In this document: piece by piece, positions 12,685 through 26,028 of the stretch | Layout of the letters: every line of letters starts with the position of its first letter | Position numbering within the stretch: position 1 is the stretch's first letter | Source of the DNA: Octopus vulgaris | Lineage: Eukaryota | Length of the DNA: 64,000 nucleotides | Assembly (NCBI GenBank): GCA_951406725.2 | Contig: OX597814.1 | Span: forward strand, 124,930,001 to 124,994,000 | Direction: 5' to 3' | Notes under the pieces: generated by a model | The model's input: only the letters and a program-made list of their open reading frames with translations | Told to the model about the DNA's origin: nothing | Database searches by the model: none | Translations under genes and position numbers: made by a program

Positions 12685-13862
12685 TAATATAACTTTGATA
12701 ACTTTGATTGGCTTCGGCCAGTATAGGCCCAGGCCATGTCTAACTTAATAGCACCACATGGTGAAGTCTTTTATTCACATATAGAGCACCATGACCCGCT
12801 CTAGCAAAGAGTTATTATTGTTGGAGACATATCCGGGTGTAGGAGTTCGGTCCAGAATTTTTTGAAGAAATTTTTCTAGTGAACATTGGAAATTTATGGG
12901 ATCCGTTTCCGTTTTGACGTATTTTGGTATGGTATTAAAGAGAGTTGGACAGTATGAGGTAAAGTAATATTGCTATGTGTACTGAGTTCGATTTTTGTAG
13001 TGGGCGGATAGGACGGGGGCCAAGTCTTGGATAGATTTTAAAATTGATGCCAACATCATTTGTGCAATATTGATGGAATATTTTCCACACAACACAAATA
13101 ATGTAGCGCTCCCGGCGGCGTTGAAGAGAGTAGAGATTGAGTTTTTCTAGTCGACTCCAATAATCAATGCATCTCACGCCGTCTATCTTTCTTGTTATTG
13201 ACCTCTGGAGTGCTTCTACTTTCATAATGAGTTGCTTCGTATGGGGAGACCACAATAGGCAACAGTACTCAAGGTGGGGTCAGACAAAAGTAGAGTAGAA
13301 AAGGACGGTGGTGTGGGCATTTCTAGACCGGAAAGTTCTCAGAATTCAGGAGCCCATGTTGCTGGCCTAGTCAACCTTGCTGTTTACGTGGGAACTCCAG
13401 CTTAGATTGTTATTAACAATAACTCCAACGTCTCTGGTGTTGTTGGATGACATAAAGGAGGCGCTCGAGGGAAGAGCATACGTTAATTTCAGATTTTCCT
13501 CTTTTCCAAAGTGGGTCAAATCAAATTTATCTTCAATTAGAAGCAAATTGTTTTTTCCGCCCATTGGACAATAGCAAACTGATCTGACTGAAGACATGTT
13601 CGGTCTCCCATGCCGTTTATGGCTTTCTGGAGTTTGGAATCATCTGCAAAGATTTTCAATGTAGAATGTTGGATGACATCTACTATGTCGTTGATCTAAA
13701 TAATGAAGAGGACTGGGTCCAACACAGTACCTGGTGGTACACCACTACTGACTTTGGATGAGCTGTATCGTATTCCCTCAAACACAACATGTTGGGTTCT
13801 GTTCGTCAGGAAACACTTTATCCACTGCAGCAGCTTTCCACAGACTCCAATATTGGACAATT
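12685..13862 (-). mobile_element. 5'-truncated CR1/L2-like LINE with 3' tail
   Basis: SSGVPPGTVLDPVLFII, KIFADDSKL, RDVGVIVNNNLSWSSHV, PHLEYC...WSPH...EALQRSITRKI...RLEKLNLYSLQRRRERY. Short tandem (ATCAAAGTT)2 tail. Confidence 0.92.
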
Positions 13863-15132
13863 TCTTCTACACACACGAAGAAACACGCCTGTGTGTATAC
13901 AGATGTATGTGGGGGAGGAGTAAGAATCACCAACATACATCGACATAAGATTATGTAGGTGAACCAAAAATACAGTGCTTTACGGATGAAAACCCTTGCA
14001 TCGTGCTAGACACTCCCTTGAGATTCTTACTATCAGAGATGCAGTGAACCAGTGGTTAGTCCGTCGGAAAGCCACAACCAAAACGCTTTTGTTCATAAAT
14101 TACGATATAAAATAGAGAGACAGAGGAAGAAAATAGTAAAGAAGAGAAACAATACTGGAGAAGAAAATAAAAAAGGAAGCAAAAAAAAGCGTAGAAGAGG
14201 AAACTTAAATATCAGAGGTGGTTTGTGACAGTAGACGAGAAAGTAAAAAACGCACCGAGATAAATATTTTCCGACATGTCAGTCAGTGAAGAGACAGCAA
14301 CGTCAGTTTGAATCAACAGTAGCGTGTTTTACTGATTAGTGAAAGATGGCATAAAGTTTGAAGGACAGATGATTGATGTTCAAGGACAAGCCTGGTACTG
14401 TTTCTCTGAAAACGTGTTGAATGGCGGCAAATAATTCATTGTAGTCAATCACTGGTTTCGAGATCAAATGCGCCCCACCCCCTTGGACAGTGAATGTGTT
14501 GAATCATAGATTAACTCTCCACCTACTACAACTACAACTACTACTACTACTACTACTAATAATAATAATAATGATACTACTACTACAACTACTTTTCTTC
14601 TTTTTCTTCTTCTTTTTCTTCTTCTTTTTCTCCTTCTTTCTGCTGCTGCTGTCCTGTTACATATCTGTTTTTCTGATAAAAGCTTGTTAGCCTCTTTCAA
14701 ATCCACTTCTAGAGAAGGGTTACTAGGGATGGTACCCCATGTCATTCAACCCAGTGTAAATAAAATTCGTCTCCAAAATGCTTACACAAATATCACCAAA
14801 CAACATTGACAATGATTTTTTAAAAATGCAAATTTTAAAGAGAACTATATTGCTGGCAGTAATAACACCGATAAAAGTAGGATGTTGTTATCTCCCTTAG
14901 AAACATCACGCTTACAAATAAACCTTTTACTCAGATAAGAAACAATGCCAAAAATACCTTTTAAAGTGTGCAGTACAACAGTAATGGCTTCGAAAACACC
15001 TTTATAGAACTAAAACATTTGTATTTTCACTTACCCCAATGAAGTAGAAATCATTCAGAAACATTCTTACAATCAGAGAACACATTCAAAATTATACTCA
15101 AATTAGAATGGACAGTCCCTTCCTAAAAATTA

Positions 15133-16418
15133 TTGGGTTGTCCGGAAAGTTCGTGCCGATTTATAGTAGCTTACCTTTCGACTTATTTTAGAACATGGTT
15201 GAGTCCATAAAATAGGATTTTACTACATCTCCATTTAGAGCACAGCTTAAGCTATCTTTTCGTGGAAGAAGGTTTATGTTCCTATTAGCTGTGTTAATTC
15301 TGTAACCCCTTAAAATAGAAGATAAGAAAGTTCATTTTCGGCACTTGATGCTTTTCTTTTTCCGTAAAGGGAAAAATGCCTCACAAGCATCCAAAGAAAT
15401 ATGCGCAGTTTACGGTGATGTTTCTTTATCCGAAAGAACCGTACGGGAGTGGTTCGCAAGGGCCCAGAGCTGGAGATTGTAGCCTTATTGGTAAAGAGCG
15501 ATAAGGCAGACCATCCTCTTCAGATGATGACCAAATCAAGTCATTAATTGAGAAAAAACCCACATTGCACAACCCGAGAATTGGCAGAAAACCTCAACCT
15601 ATCAAAATCCGTCGCTCACGAGCACCTGGTAATGCATGGGTACACAAATCGTTACGATGTTTGGGTACCACATGGGTTGAGTGAGAAGAACTTTTTGGAT
15701 TGCATTTCCATCTGTGATTCGCTTTATAAACGGAATGAAAACGCGCCTTTTTTAAAGCAAATTGTGACAGGTGATGAGAAATGGATTATCTACCGAAATG
15801 TTCAGAGTAAGCGATCCTGGAGTAAGCTACATGAGCCACCCTTAGCCACCCCAAAAGCGGATCTTCACCCTAAAAAAAGTCTTGCTTTGTGTCTGGTGGG
15901 ATTGGAAAGGAATTCTGTACTATGAGCTTCTCTGAAGTAACCAGACAATTAATTCTGAGAAATACTGCACACAACTGGACGAGTTAAAAGCAGCAATTCA
16001 AGAGAAACGTCCAGAATTGGCAAACAGGAAGGGTGTTGTTTTCCAACATGACAATGCAAGACCGCACGTTTCTTTGGGAACCAGACAAAATTTGCTGCAG
16101 CTCGGCTGGGATGTGTTACACCACCCTCTATATTCACCAGATATTGCTCCTTCGGATTTCCACTTATTCAGATCTCTGCAGAATAGTCTTGATGGTAAAA
16201 ATTTCAATTCCTTGGATGACGTAAAAAGATATATTGACGAATTCTTTGCCATGAAACCACCTCAATTCTGGGAAGAGGGTACTTTCAAGTTAAAGGAAAG
16301 ATGGAGACGCATTGTGCAACAAAATGGTTCATATTTGGCTGATTAAAAATGTAATAGCAAGTATTTATTGACCTTTTTCTTTCCTTTAAAATTGGCACGA
16401 ACTTTCCGGACAACCCAA
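15133..16418 (+). mobile_element. Full-length mariner transposon (1286 bp), inactivated
   Basis: ~30-bp TIRs TTGGGTTGTCCGGAAAGTTCGTGCCGATTT, TA TSD on both sides, transposase motifs inside. Confidence 0.97.
15315..16346 (+). pseudogene. Mariner D,D34D transposase pseudogene
   Basis: WVPHGL, IVTGDEKWI, QHDNARPH, YSPDIAPSDFHLF. The start codon is ATA here but ATG in the derivative at 20695. Frameshifts and stops. Confidence 0.95.
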
Positions 16419-17337
16419 TATAAATGCTGGCTTTCAAAATAAAACCTAGTAACAGGAAAAATTTATATAAATACACACGCATTTGTATCGTCACCAATCT
16501 TAATAACCATCTCACCGGGTTATATAACTCAAACGATTTTGCACTTTCACAAACACCATCATTGGACAAAACTTCAGTAGACACAACATCTCCGGTCTTT
16601 AAATATTATAGATAACATATAACTAAAATAAGATAACTTATAGCTAAACTTCATAAACAATCCACGCCAACATACATACGCACGTAGCTCACCAAACCAA
16701 CTACGTCTCTTCGTTGGACATCACCTTCCTTTCCACAAACCGAACATCACAACTATTTGCCAAATAATTCCCCAACTTTCCTCGGACCACTTACCAATTA
16801 TCACCATAACACACTCGCACATCAAATGAGAAAGCAAAAACTCTTTTACGAGTTTCAAAAAGAACAATGGAACGAGTTCCATCAAGAAACAGAATCAAGG
16901 TTTTTCAGAATGAAATAATACCAGAATGAAACAACGTAGACACTGCTGTACGCACAGTCAATAAAATAAATATAGACACGTCTACAAAATATATCCCATA
17001 AGGCAACATTAAAAAAATACAACCCTAAAATCACACACCATAAACATCCAATGTCATAAAATAAAAGCAAAAAAAAAAAAACACAACAGAGACAACCTCA
17101 AACACAAAACATCAAAACCACACAAAACCAAAATAAAATTCGGCATCAAACAACGAGAAAAGAACCAAAAACTAAATAAATAAGTGAACTACAGAGAAAC
17201 AGAAAACGGGCAAACATTTGTATTCATCATAAAACACAAATCTAACAGTAAAATACTCTTCAGAGTAATTATCATCATCATCATCATCTGCAACAAGAAC
17301 GGCTACACCACATTATATACAATCTTATACAATCCCA

Positions 17338-17412
17338 GATAAAGATGTTTTCTTAGGGTTACAGTATTTGTATTTATACCCATACTTGTAACCCCAAGAA
17401 AACATTCTTATC
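17338..17412. repeat. Imperfect fold-back inside the LINE relic
   Basis: GATAAAGATGTTTTCTTAGGGTTACA / TGTAACCCCAAGAAAACATTCTTATC. Confidence 0.8.
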
Positions 17413-18560
17413 AGATTCCGTTTTGGGATTTGGTTTGCAAGATCCTTTATGTGAGTTCGTGTGTTGAAGCATATTCTGTTGTGTCTGGGGAGAGTTATCA
17501 GACATTTATCGAAAATCAGCTTGCAAAAACCTACCCACAAAGACAAGAATACAAAACGAAAATTACCCACTTTCCATGCAGACATCGATTTTTGGTCTCT
17601 TAATTCTTTCCATCAGACACCCAAAGAAGACAACAGAAATCTAAAACTAGGGACCTAAAAGAATTATTACACTCAGGAACCTCTTCAACTACTTGAAACA
17701 ACACCGTCAAATTCCCAGAAACTGGAAGCTGGACAAAATCATAGCAACTCTAAGGCCTAACAATAAGCGACATGAAACGACACTATAGAAACCTATCACC
17801 TTCCCATGTAAAACTTTAAAAAGTTTGGAAATTCTAACACTTGGCATCGCTGACTACACACATCAACCCCTCTAAATTTCAATATAATCTCCAATCACTA
17901 CACTCAACCACAATAATGCTCACAAACCCAACACAAAAATACAAGATGCATTCAATAGCAAAAGAAACTTCTCACGCCTACCACATTCTAATTCTCATTG
18001 ACATTAGCAAAGCTTTCGACTCCCAGCTATCCCCTCATTAAAAAATACTCAATACACCTTTAGAAAACAACGTAAAATACAGGTAAGCAAACTAACTGTC
18101 AGACAGCCAAACTTACGGAGTATGCAAAAGAAACATTTGCAGAACCTACAATTTCTGTATGCAATTCTAGATGCCTTATGGCAGATTATAAGGCAGGATT
18201 GTTACCGCCGGAATGTTTTTAATCATTAGAATAGCTAATGCTGTTTCGGAAACCTATGTTTGAACAACAACTTAAATCACATTTATCCCACGACATCAAA
18301 TCACACCAAAGTGTCATATAAAGAAGGGATGCATTAAAGAATGTACTGAATATACTATGGCAGAATATAAATAGAACGGATGGAATACTTCTCATCATTG
18401 GTCTGCTTAATCAAGGATAACTTGAAGTTAATAGAAATGCTACGTCACACCACACTTTACTCCACAAAACACACAAACTCAAACTAAACCATCTACATGA
18501 CATTATACCACTCAGAGGTTAGCTTTCCCTTTCATCCATTCAAAACTGATAATTAAAGTA

Positions 18561-18741
18561 GGAAAGGGCTGATGCAAAGTTCCTGGTTTTGAGTAAAAGA
18601 AGATACAGGAGGACCAGTTAATTATGATTTTATTTAACATATCCTCCTCTCAGATTCACACAGTAAAAGAACTCGGACGGCTGGTCCTCCAACCAAGCTT
18701 TCGCGATACCCTTAAAGCCAGAAATTTTTGGCACCCTCATG
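18561..18741. mobile_element. Old mariner-type MITE
   Basis: Diverged TIRs (..GGGCTGATGCAAAGTTCCTGGTTT / AAAGCCAGAAATTTTTGGCACCCTC..), flanked by TA. Confidence 0.6.
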
Positions 18742-19355
18742 TACCAGTTCTTGAATTGATATCAATTCTTCTCTTTCTTTCACTCTTTCTCATGGCAGAC
18801 TTACATTCTTTTAGAAATTTGATACGATCAGACCTAGAGAGGAATGGTCTCCGCCAGTTCTAAAAATGCTCAAGACACGCCGAATGTCACGATGACGTCT
18901 CTACGACCCTATCAAAGAGTTGAGAGCTATAACATCCACACATACCTTGCCATAATACACCACACCACACAACACTACACTTTACTACACTGTGAAACAC
19001 TAAAATATATTACATCACACCATACCTACCCCAGTAAAGTGGAAGTTGTTGAACTTTCACCCAGTCCAATTTGTTCACATTTTCCGTGGTTGCCACCAGA
19101 CTCTGCAATTGTACATGAATAGACCGGATAGTCAAGAGAGTACAGCATGTTCAGACCGTCACCCCACATTTCATACTCTTCACCATGACATGTGGTCCAC
19201 ATTTAGACAGAGATAGGTTAAAACTGGGAACATGGTTCTATGGATCAGGTTTCGTTTTGCAGCTAACTATCGGCATGCCATAGGACTGCTTCATCAGGGA
19301 TGACCTAGGAGCTAAGCAACAACTACAATACACTTCACTATACTATGCAAGACAG

Positions 19356-19677
19356 GCACTCTGTCGGTTAAGACGACGAAGGTTCCAGTTGATCCGATCA
19401 ACAGAATAGCTTGCACGTGAAACTAACGCGCAAGTGGTTGAGCACTCTACAGACACTCGTACCCTTAATGCAGTTATCAGGGTGATTCAGCGTGACACAA
19501 ATTGTGACAAGGCTGGCTCTTTGAAATACAGGTACTACTCATTTTTGCCAGCTGAGTGGACTGGAACAAAGTGAAATATAGTGTCTTGTGCAAAGATACA
19601 ATGTATCACCGAGTATTGAACTCACGACCTTACGATCGTGAGCCGAATACCCAAATCCCAAGGCCACGCGCCTTCAC
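19356..19677 (-). mobile_element. tRNA-derived SINE family D
   Basis: Head GTGAAGGCGCGTGGC...GAGTTCAAT. Copies at 41270-41412, 48030-48285 and 60371-60688. Confidence 0.88.
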
Positions 19678-20164
19678 TATGCAATACTATACAACAAAAT
19701 ATCAGACTTCAGTACATTAGGCTTCTCTGCTCTACACCATTTTAGGGTAAATACTTGTGCTCTGAGAGTGCCTTTGTATTGCGTTGCCAAACACAACAGT
19801 TGACATCTCATCAGGCGATGAAGCAGCTTTGTAGTGTTTTTGCCTCTTTCGCTGTCACACCAAAAGTGCCAGAGGCTACAGTACCTGCATTGTTGAGTCA
19901 GATGGTGCGACTCTGGGCCAGATGTTTCTATCATCCTCACTACTCGATCTTGCTGAACCACTTGTCCTCTTTCTTGAGTCCGATGTAATGACTTGGTTTT
20001 TTTAGTGGTTTACATAAACTAACCTACGCCCAACCGCACAACCATTCATTACACAACACAGCACAACATTCACTGTACAAGATTTTACTGCACCACACAA
20101 CACTACTCTTTAATTGCTGGTTATTTAAGAAAGGTATTCGTAGATGGTCAGTGAGTTGAATGCG

Positions 20165-20203
20165 GTACTGAAGAAGGAGAAAGAACTCCTGAGACATGTA
20201 TAT
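20165..20203 (+). ncRNA. Minimal type-I hammerhead-like motif (A14G variant)
   Basis: GTA-CTGAAGA-AGGAG aaagaa CTCCT-GAGA-CATG-TA-TAT. Perfect 5-bp stem II and palindromic stem III ACAUGU. Confidence 0.6.
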
Positions 20204-20208
20204 ACACT

Positions 20209-20384
20209 CAGGAGCGTAGCCAGGTTCTGAGGTTAAGAGAAGCGAACACACAAAAAGACGCTGTGACACACACCAAGCAATTTTTTAACGCGTTTTTAAA
20301 AGGCGCCAATTATAAAAAACTGTGCTCGGATTGAGTAGCGGTCGCTTCCTTGCTCCGTTTACTCCCCTATTAGCTGCGCCATTG
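20209..20384. mobile_element. Putative hAT-type MITE
   Basis: Termini CAGGAGCGTAGC / GCTGCGCCATTG (CAGTGGCGTAGC-like). The 8-bp flanks match only partly. Confidence 0.45.
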
Positions 20385-20512
20385 TATTACCTATTTTGCT
20401 ATCTTCGATCGCATTGTGTACATAAACGTATTCATATAACTTTCAGTGCTGTCTCTAATTTCTATAGAAAATCTTTGGAGATAACTTTAAAAAACAATCC
20501 TACACTATAATA

Positions 20513-21078
20513 TTGGGTTGTCCGGAAAGTTCGTGCCGATTTATAGTAGCTTACTATTCAACTTATTTTAGAATATGGTTGAGTCCATAAAATAGGATTT
20601 TACTACACCTCCATTTAGAGCACAGCTTAAGCTATCTTTTCGTGGACGAAGGTTTATGTTCCTATTACCTATATTAATTCTGTAACCCTTTGAAATGGAA
20701 GATAAGAAAGTTCATTTTCGGCACTTGATGCTTTGGGAACCAGATAAAAATTGCTGCAGCTCGGCTGGGATGTGTTACCCCACCCTCCATATTCACCAGA
20801 TATTGCTCCTTCAGATTTCCATTTATTCAGGTCTCTGCAGAATAGTCTTATTGGTAAAAATTTCAATTCCTTGGATGACGTAGAAAGATACCTTGATGAA
20901 TTCTTTGCCATGAAACCACCTCAATTCTGAGAAGAGGGTATTTTCAAGTTAAACAAAAGATGGAGACGCATTGTGCGACAAAATGGTTCATATTTGGTTG
21001 ATTAAAAATGTAATGGCAAGTATTTATTGACCTTTTTCTTTCCTTTAAAAATCGGCACGAACTTTCCGAACAACCCAA
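20513..21078 (+). mobile_element. Internally deleted mariner derivative (566 bp)
   Basis: Same TIRs and TA TSDs as 15133-16418. Junction CACTTGATGCTTT|GGGAACCAGA. Confidence 0.96.
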
Positions 21079-21735
21079 TACTTTTCACAATAGATCATAC
21101 CACACTATAACACATTATAGTACACCACACTACCAAACACCGTACTATGTTAGAACTCACCTTACCACACCTCACCATAGCACTACACCACACTGCATCA
21201 CACCCCATACCCCACACTCCATTACACTGTATCCTTACCACATGACCCGTACTATACTGCACAATAGTTTATTAAAAGAAACACCTCAAGATGGTTGCAA
21301 TATTTTATCAATGTCTTTTAACAACAACGACAACAGTTATAGCTGCTACGTGAGTCATAAAAATAGCCACAACCATCACTATCCAACGAACACAACAACC
21401 ACAAATACAAAAGCTATAATGACAATAATAACATCACAATCGTAAACAACCACAACTACAACAAAAACACTGATGACAACAAGATCAACAACAACAACAA
21501 CCACAACACCAATAACAACAACAGCAATACAATGACAAGACAAATGAAGGAGAAAGAGAGAAGAATGAAGAATGCTATGAAGTCTGTCTCGGCATCCATC
21601 GCCCTTGTGGCATTAAAGTAAAGATCGTCATCATCATCATCATTATCATCATCATCATCGTCATCGTCATCGTCGTCGTCGTCGTCGTCGTCATCATCAT
21701 CATCATCACCACCATCACCATCATTATTATTATTA

Positions 21736-21812
<77 letters not shown>

Positions 21813-21908
21813 GACAGTAAACGAACTAAATATAAAACACAATTAAACATTGATGAAAAACCAACAACAGATAAAAGTAACAAATGAAGTGATCAATAAA
21901 AATGGATC

Positions 21909-21976
<68 letters not shown>

Positions 21977-22149
21977 TGATAAATTTTACTGTTTTATTGT
22001 TGCTTTTTTCCCCACAGTTTTGTGGTATTGGATTTATATTATTGAATCAGTTCTTTTAGAAAGCAAATCACTAAAATCAATTAGCCTGAAATGAAAGCCA
22101 AATTTCACGAAACAGCGACAAGTTAATTCGCATGTGACACCGTTGAAAC

Positions 22150-25100
22150 TAAAAGTCAATTGTGTGTTTAATGTAATATCTGCTGCATGCATTTCTATTT
22201 AAGTGCAGAGAGATAGTAACGGAAATGTGAAGTTTACAAACAATCTTCTCACAAATGAGAAATCTACTTTTCAAATGGCTTGGTCCAAAATAGCTGTGGA
22301 ACGATTAAGTTAGTTTCTATACAGATGATAGTAACTGAATTTATTTGCAGCTATCAGGAAGCCATCCAAGAAGTCTCTGGCTTTGTTTCTACTTGGTTAA
22401 TTATTCCAGCACATCTGGTGCATCAATAGTTTTGAAAAGTCGCTTCCCGCGGTCTTTGCAGGTTAGTGAAGTCATTGGTGTTCAGTTTGATTGATTTATT
22501 GACTGGTGAGGTCAAGGTAGCTGATGTTTAGGTCTAACTGATGATAGGTGTGATCGATACAGTTGATGCGCATTTAGAAATTCGGTAGATAGATGTTCAT
22601 AGAGAAAAACGAAGACAGAGATTTAAAAAATAACTTTGTCTCAGTAAGTTATTGCGCGCACAGACGACATGACAACTCTCAATGATTGATTATAATCTGC
22701 TACAAACACTGAATAAATCAACAGCACAAGATGCCATCACTTTCTCGTCAACAACATCCAAGTAGTGAATTATAGAAGTCGCCTAATGATTCACTTAAAC
22801 AGGCGCCAATATAAGCCAAGACACTATGATGCTATCTTCATAAATCATTGAGGAATTAAATGAAAAATAGCTAGCGAAAAGACCTTTAAAAATGTTTTCC
22901 TCGACCACAAATCCACTTTTGGAAAAAAGCAAAATAAGAAAGAAGCCTCCTTATATATCGGTCCCTCGGTGACTTGTACAGTCACTGGGGGACCGATATA
23001 TTGATCACTTCGATATACGCCGGCCAATCATTTAACACAACAAACTCTACTTAAACTGAACGAGACAATACCAAATATTCACAGCAGAGAAATGTAATAA
23101 CCAGATTAACCAATACGAAATAGGAATGAAATCCTTTTGTCAATATATATCTAGTCATTGTGCAATTGACAATGATTACCAAATTGTAAATCAGAATATA
23201 GATTGGTGGAATAACATGATATAAACATATAAGTAACATGAATATAATATCTTCTATCTTCAGTTTTTAAGATTCTAGTAGACAATTACAAATAAAATAA
23301 GAATTATTTGATGATATAATCAATAACATGATTGGTGATCTGATCATGTAACTGCTGTAACTAAATTAGTTTCTTGTAATTCAATAATGCAGTTTCGTTT
23401 CTCCATGTGCATTGAGACTGGTTTCGAAAATTTGAATACCAGCCTAAATCAGTCGAAGACGTATTGGAGAACCATAGATATGAATCGGTTGATGTTAAAA
23501 GCTTAGTGATTGGTTGGTTGTATTGATTTAAGGTGCATGTAGTTGCACTGGTGTTTGTTGAGATGACTTATTAGGTGTCTTCCATTACTCAAATTTTACT
23601 AGTTGGGTGTTATAATGACGAGAAAGTGATGACTGACAGAATTGCTTTGTGCTGTTGGTTTGTTCAATGCTTATAGCAGATCCTAATCAATTACTGAAAT
23701 ATGTGGTTCCCTTTTCAAAATGTTCTTTTGCATAGAGCAACTCTGTCTGAACCATGTACTGTTATTCATATTGGCCGTCTTGTTCTTTGATGACTTGTTC
23801 GTTTCATTCTGGGAGATTTGGTCCAAATTGTTTTTGAAATGATACATTATCGCCTACAGTAAGTAATAAAAGTCTTTTTGTGTGCTCTGTTCATCTTCCT
23901 GCATTTTTCACCTGTCGGTTAGAGAGAACTTTCTTATGGACAGTTAGAGTTTCTTACCAAGTGTTACGCGAATGCTATTTACCTGCGGGCATCATAACGA
24001 ACATTCGTATTGTTCTACTGTTAACACATTGCTGGTAAGCACTTAGCATCCCTACCCACTAGAGGATAGCATACTGAAATAATCAGTAATGATGTCTCCG
24101 TTGGAATTGTATATTACTGATGATCAAATATTTGATTGTTTTGACAGCGATTTCAGCTGAACAACTGCAAGAAGCTACTGAAGAGAATCAATGGTGCACG
24201 CCCCAGTTTTTCAAAAATCATCGCCTTAGACTAGTAGTAAACTTCCAATCTCCATCAGAAACTAATTTATCAGGAATGACAAAAGAAACAATATATGCCG
24301 AGGGCTAGTCATAAGTCCATCTGCATCATTGAAGGCTGTCTGAACAGTTTGAATAACGATCTCAGATAATGAGATATTTGACGTCTTTGTGGTGAAAACA
24401 GTCAGCACAGATTCAATGAAATGAGTAAACAAATGAAATAAATGTTGTTGGAAGGGAATTTGGTTGAGAGATGCCATATAATTACGATGGTTGCATCTGC
24501 TACAAGTGGCGTTTATAGCAGACATTATTCCTTATCAGAATACATATGTATCGGCGTATTACTTCGTTAATGTGACATTTTGATTAGCAACGTGTAAAAT
24601 TTTAAAAACTGCTTTCTCGAGAGAAGTTATCCGATATCACACTCTGCCTACAAAGTATACCAACGACGATTTAGAGGTCATAGCGAAACTATGCTGAAAT
24701 TATAGAATACCATTCTTGCTGAAGATGGAGTAATATCTTCATTTACTCCGATGAGACGTTCTTTATTACATGTCACAGACGGTAATGGAGCCTAGAAAGA
24801 TATTGTAGAGGCAATGATGCATCACTGTGTCTGTCAGGATTCCTTGTGATATTTTTCCTTCCAGTATTGATAAAGAAGAACAGAGTTTCTTAATTCTGGG
24901 TTGTTAAATATTAAAGCCTTCCACAAAATCAATGAATATTAATTCAGAAGTTTTTCTCTCTGTTGAGTGACCCTGTCAACCATATATTCACGATGTTTCT
25001 TCGATATTTCGTAACTAAGGGTTTGTGACATCCTCCATGGCATTTTTTAGGAGTTCACAGCTTTGTCTGGGGACGTCTTTAATTGAAGTATACCGTAACC

Positions 25101-25190
25101 CAGCAGAATGTGCAAATCAGCTGCCAAAAAGAGTGCTTTTTTCTTCTTTCCACTCGGTACGACAAAAATAAAATGACTCTGAACTATAGC
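22150..25190. other. Ancient retroelement debris (Penelope-/LINE-like RT fragments, mainly minus strand)
   Basis: Short motif relics only: ISYLDLT (~22510) and LIFIDF..GF (~24930). No open frame. Confidence 0.35.
22953..23001 (+). other. 22-bp hairpin with 5-nt loop
   Basis: ATATATCGGTCCCTCGGTGACT tgtac AGTCACTGGGGGACCGATATAT: 20 Watson-Crick pairs and 2 G-U pairs on the plus strand. Confidence 0.8.
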
Positions 25191-25221
25191 GAAGATATTT
25201 GTCCTCATCTTGTTTGTTATT

Positions 25222-25267
25222 AACACAACGTTTCGGTTAATATACCCTCCAGCCTTCATCAGGTGTC
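25222..25267 (-). ncRNA. Minimal type-I hammerhead ribozyme motif
   Basis: GACAC-CTGATGA-A-GGCTG..TAACC-GAAA-CG-TT-GTGTT. Stem I ACAC/GUGU. The sister half-copy at 25431 retains CAGCC, which pairs with GGCTG. Confidence 0.75.
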
Positions 25268-25314
25268 TTGAGGAAATTTCGAAGCTGAGATCTCATTCCT
25301 AAGGTACTTTTCGA

Positions 25315-25360
<46 letters not shown>

Positions 25361-25366
25361 TATTCA

Positions 25367-25425
25367 GGGGCATATGGCATAGTGGTTAAGAGCGCGGGCT
25401 ACTAACCCTTAGATTCCGAGTTCGA
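25367..25425 (+). promoter_or_regulatory. Truncated tRNA-derived head with Pol III A box and partial B box
   Basis: A box TGGCATAGTGG at 25375-25385, anticodon-arm-like GCGGGCTACTAACCC, and GTTCGA at ~25420. Confidence 0.75.
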
Positions 25426-25633
25426 CATATCAGCCGAAACGTTGTGTTAATAACAAAAAAGAAGAGGACAAATATCCGTCAAATGTAAATAATGTAAATA
25501 ATGTATAAAATACGTTGTTGTCCTATATGATACGAATTAATCCCCATCAGACTAATAATACTTACTCGAGCTCCACACTGCAAACAGGTTGAATCTTGTA
25601 AATATCATACACAACATTAAATACGATACACAA

Positions 25634-26028
25634 TCTCTCTCTATATAAAGCTGAAGTTGTCTGTGTATGGCAGGTTTGGTAGCCTTCAACTAACACTATC
25701 TCCTCCGAGACCCTGCGGCGCAAGTTGACCAAAATTGAGAGTATGATAAAAAAAAAGGCTTGCTCTTCCTTCAATAGAAGAAAAAATTCAAATCGGACCA
25801 TGTTAACACCAAAAGTTATTTACATCAAAAAGGTGCTTTTTTTCTATGAAAATCCCTATTTTTTTACGATTTTTTGACTGCTGTGTCGCAATTTTTCGGT
25901 GTATTTCAACCAGAAAAATGTTCACTTAAAGAGAATACCAAGCTACATAATGCAAAAGTTTTACTTTTCAAAAATTCCAATTCTAAAGGGTCGAAATAAA
26001 CCCGAGCAACGCCGGGCGATACTGCTAG
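25634..26028 (+). mobile_element. Non-autonomous Helitron
   Basis: 5' TC, 3' hairpin CCCGAGCAACGCCGGG then CTAG. Inserted between A and T with no TSD. Confidence 0.9.

Larger units (their letters stand above)
16430..19325 (+). mobile_element. Highly decayed LINE (Jockey/I-like), interrupted by younger insertions
   Basis: Fragments PRNWKLDKIIATLRPN and LILIDISKAFDS; (CAA)n-like 3' tail near 19320. Boundaries approximate. Confidence 0.6.

Noticed and set aside
19240-19303. Minus-strand CTGATGA-A-GCAG...CTGC-AAAAC-GAAA hammerhead-like motif
   Set aside because: Stems I and III do not form. It is antisense to a LINE 3' end, where a hairpin is expected anyway.
25367-25425. tRNA gene (also the SINE heads at 28421, 19600-19677 and 56086)
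   Set aside because: No complete cloverleaf or acceptor stem; truncated or continuous with SINE bodies.
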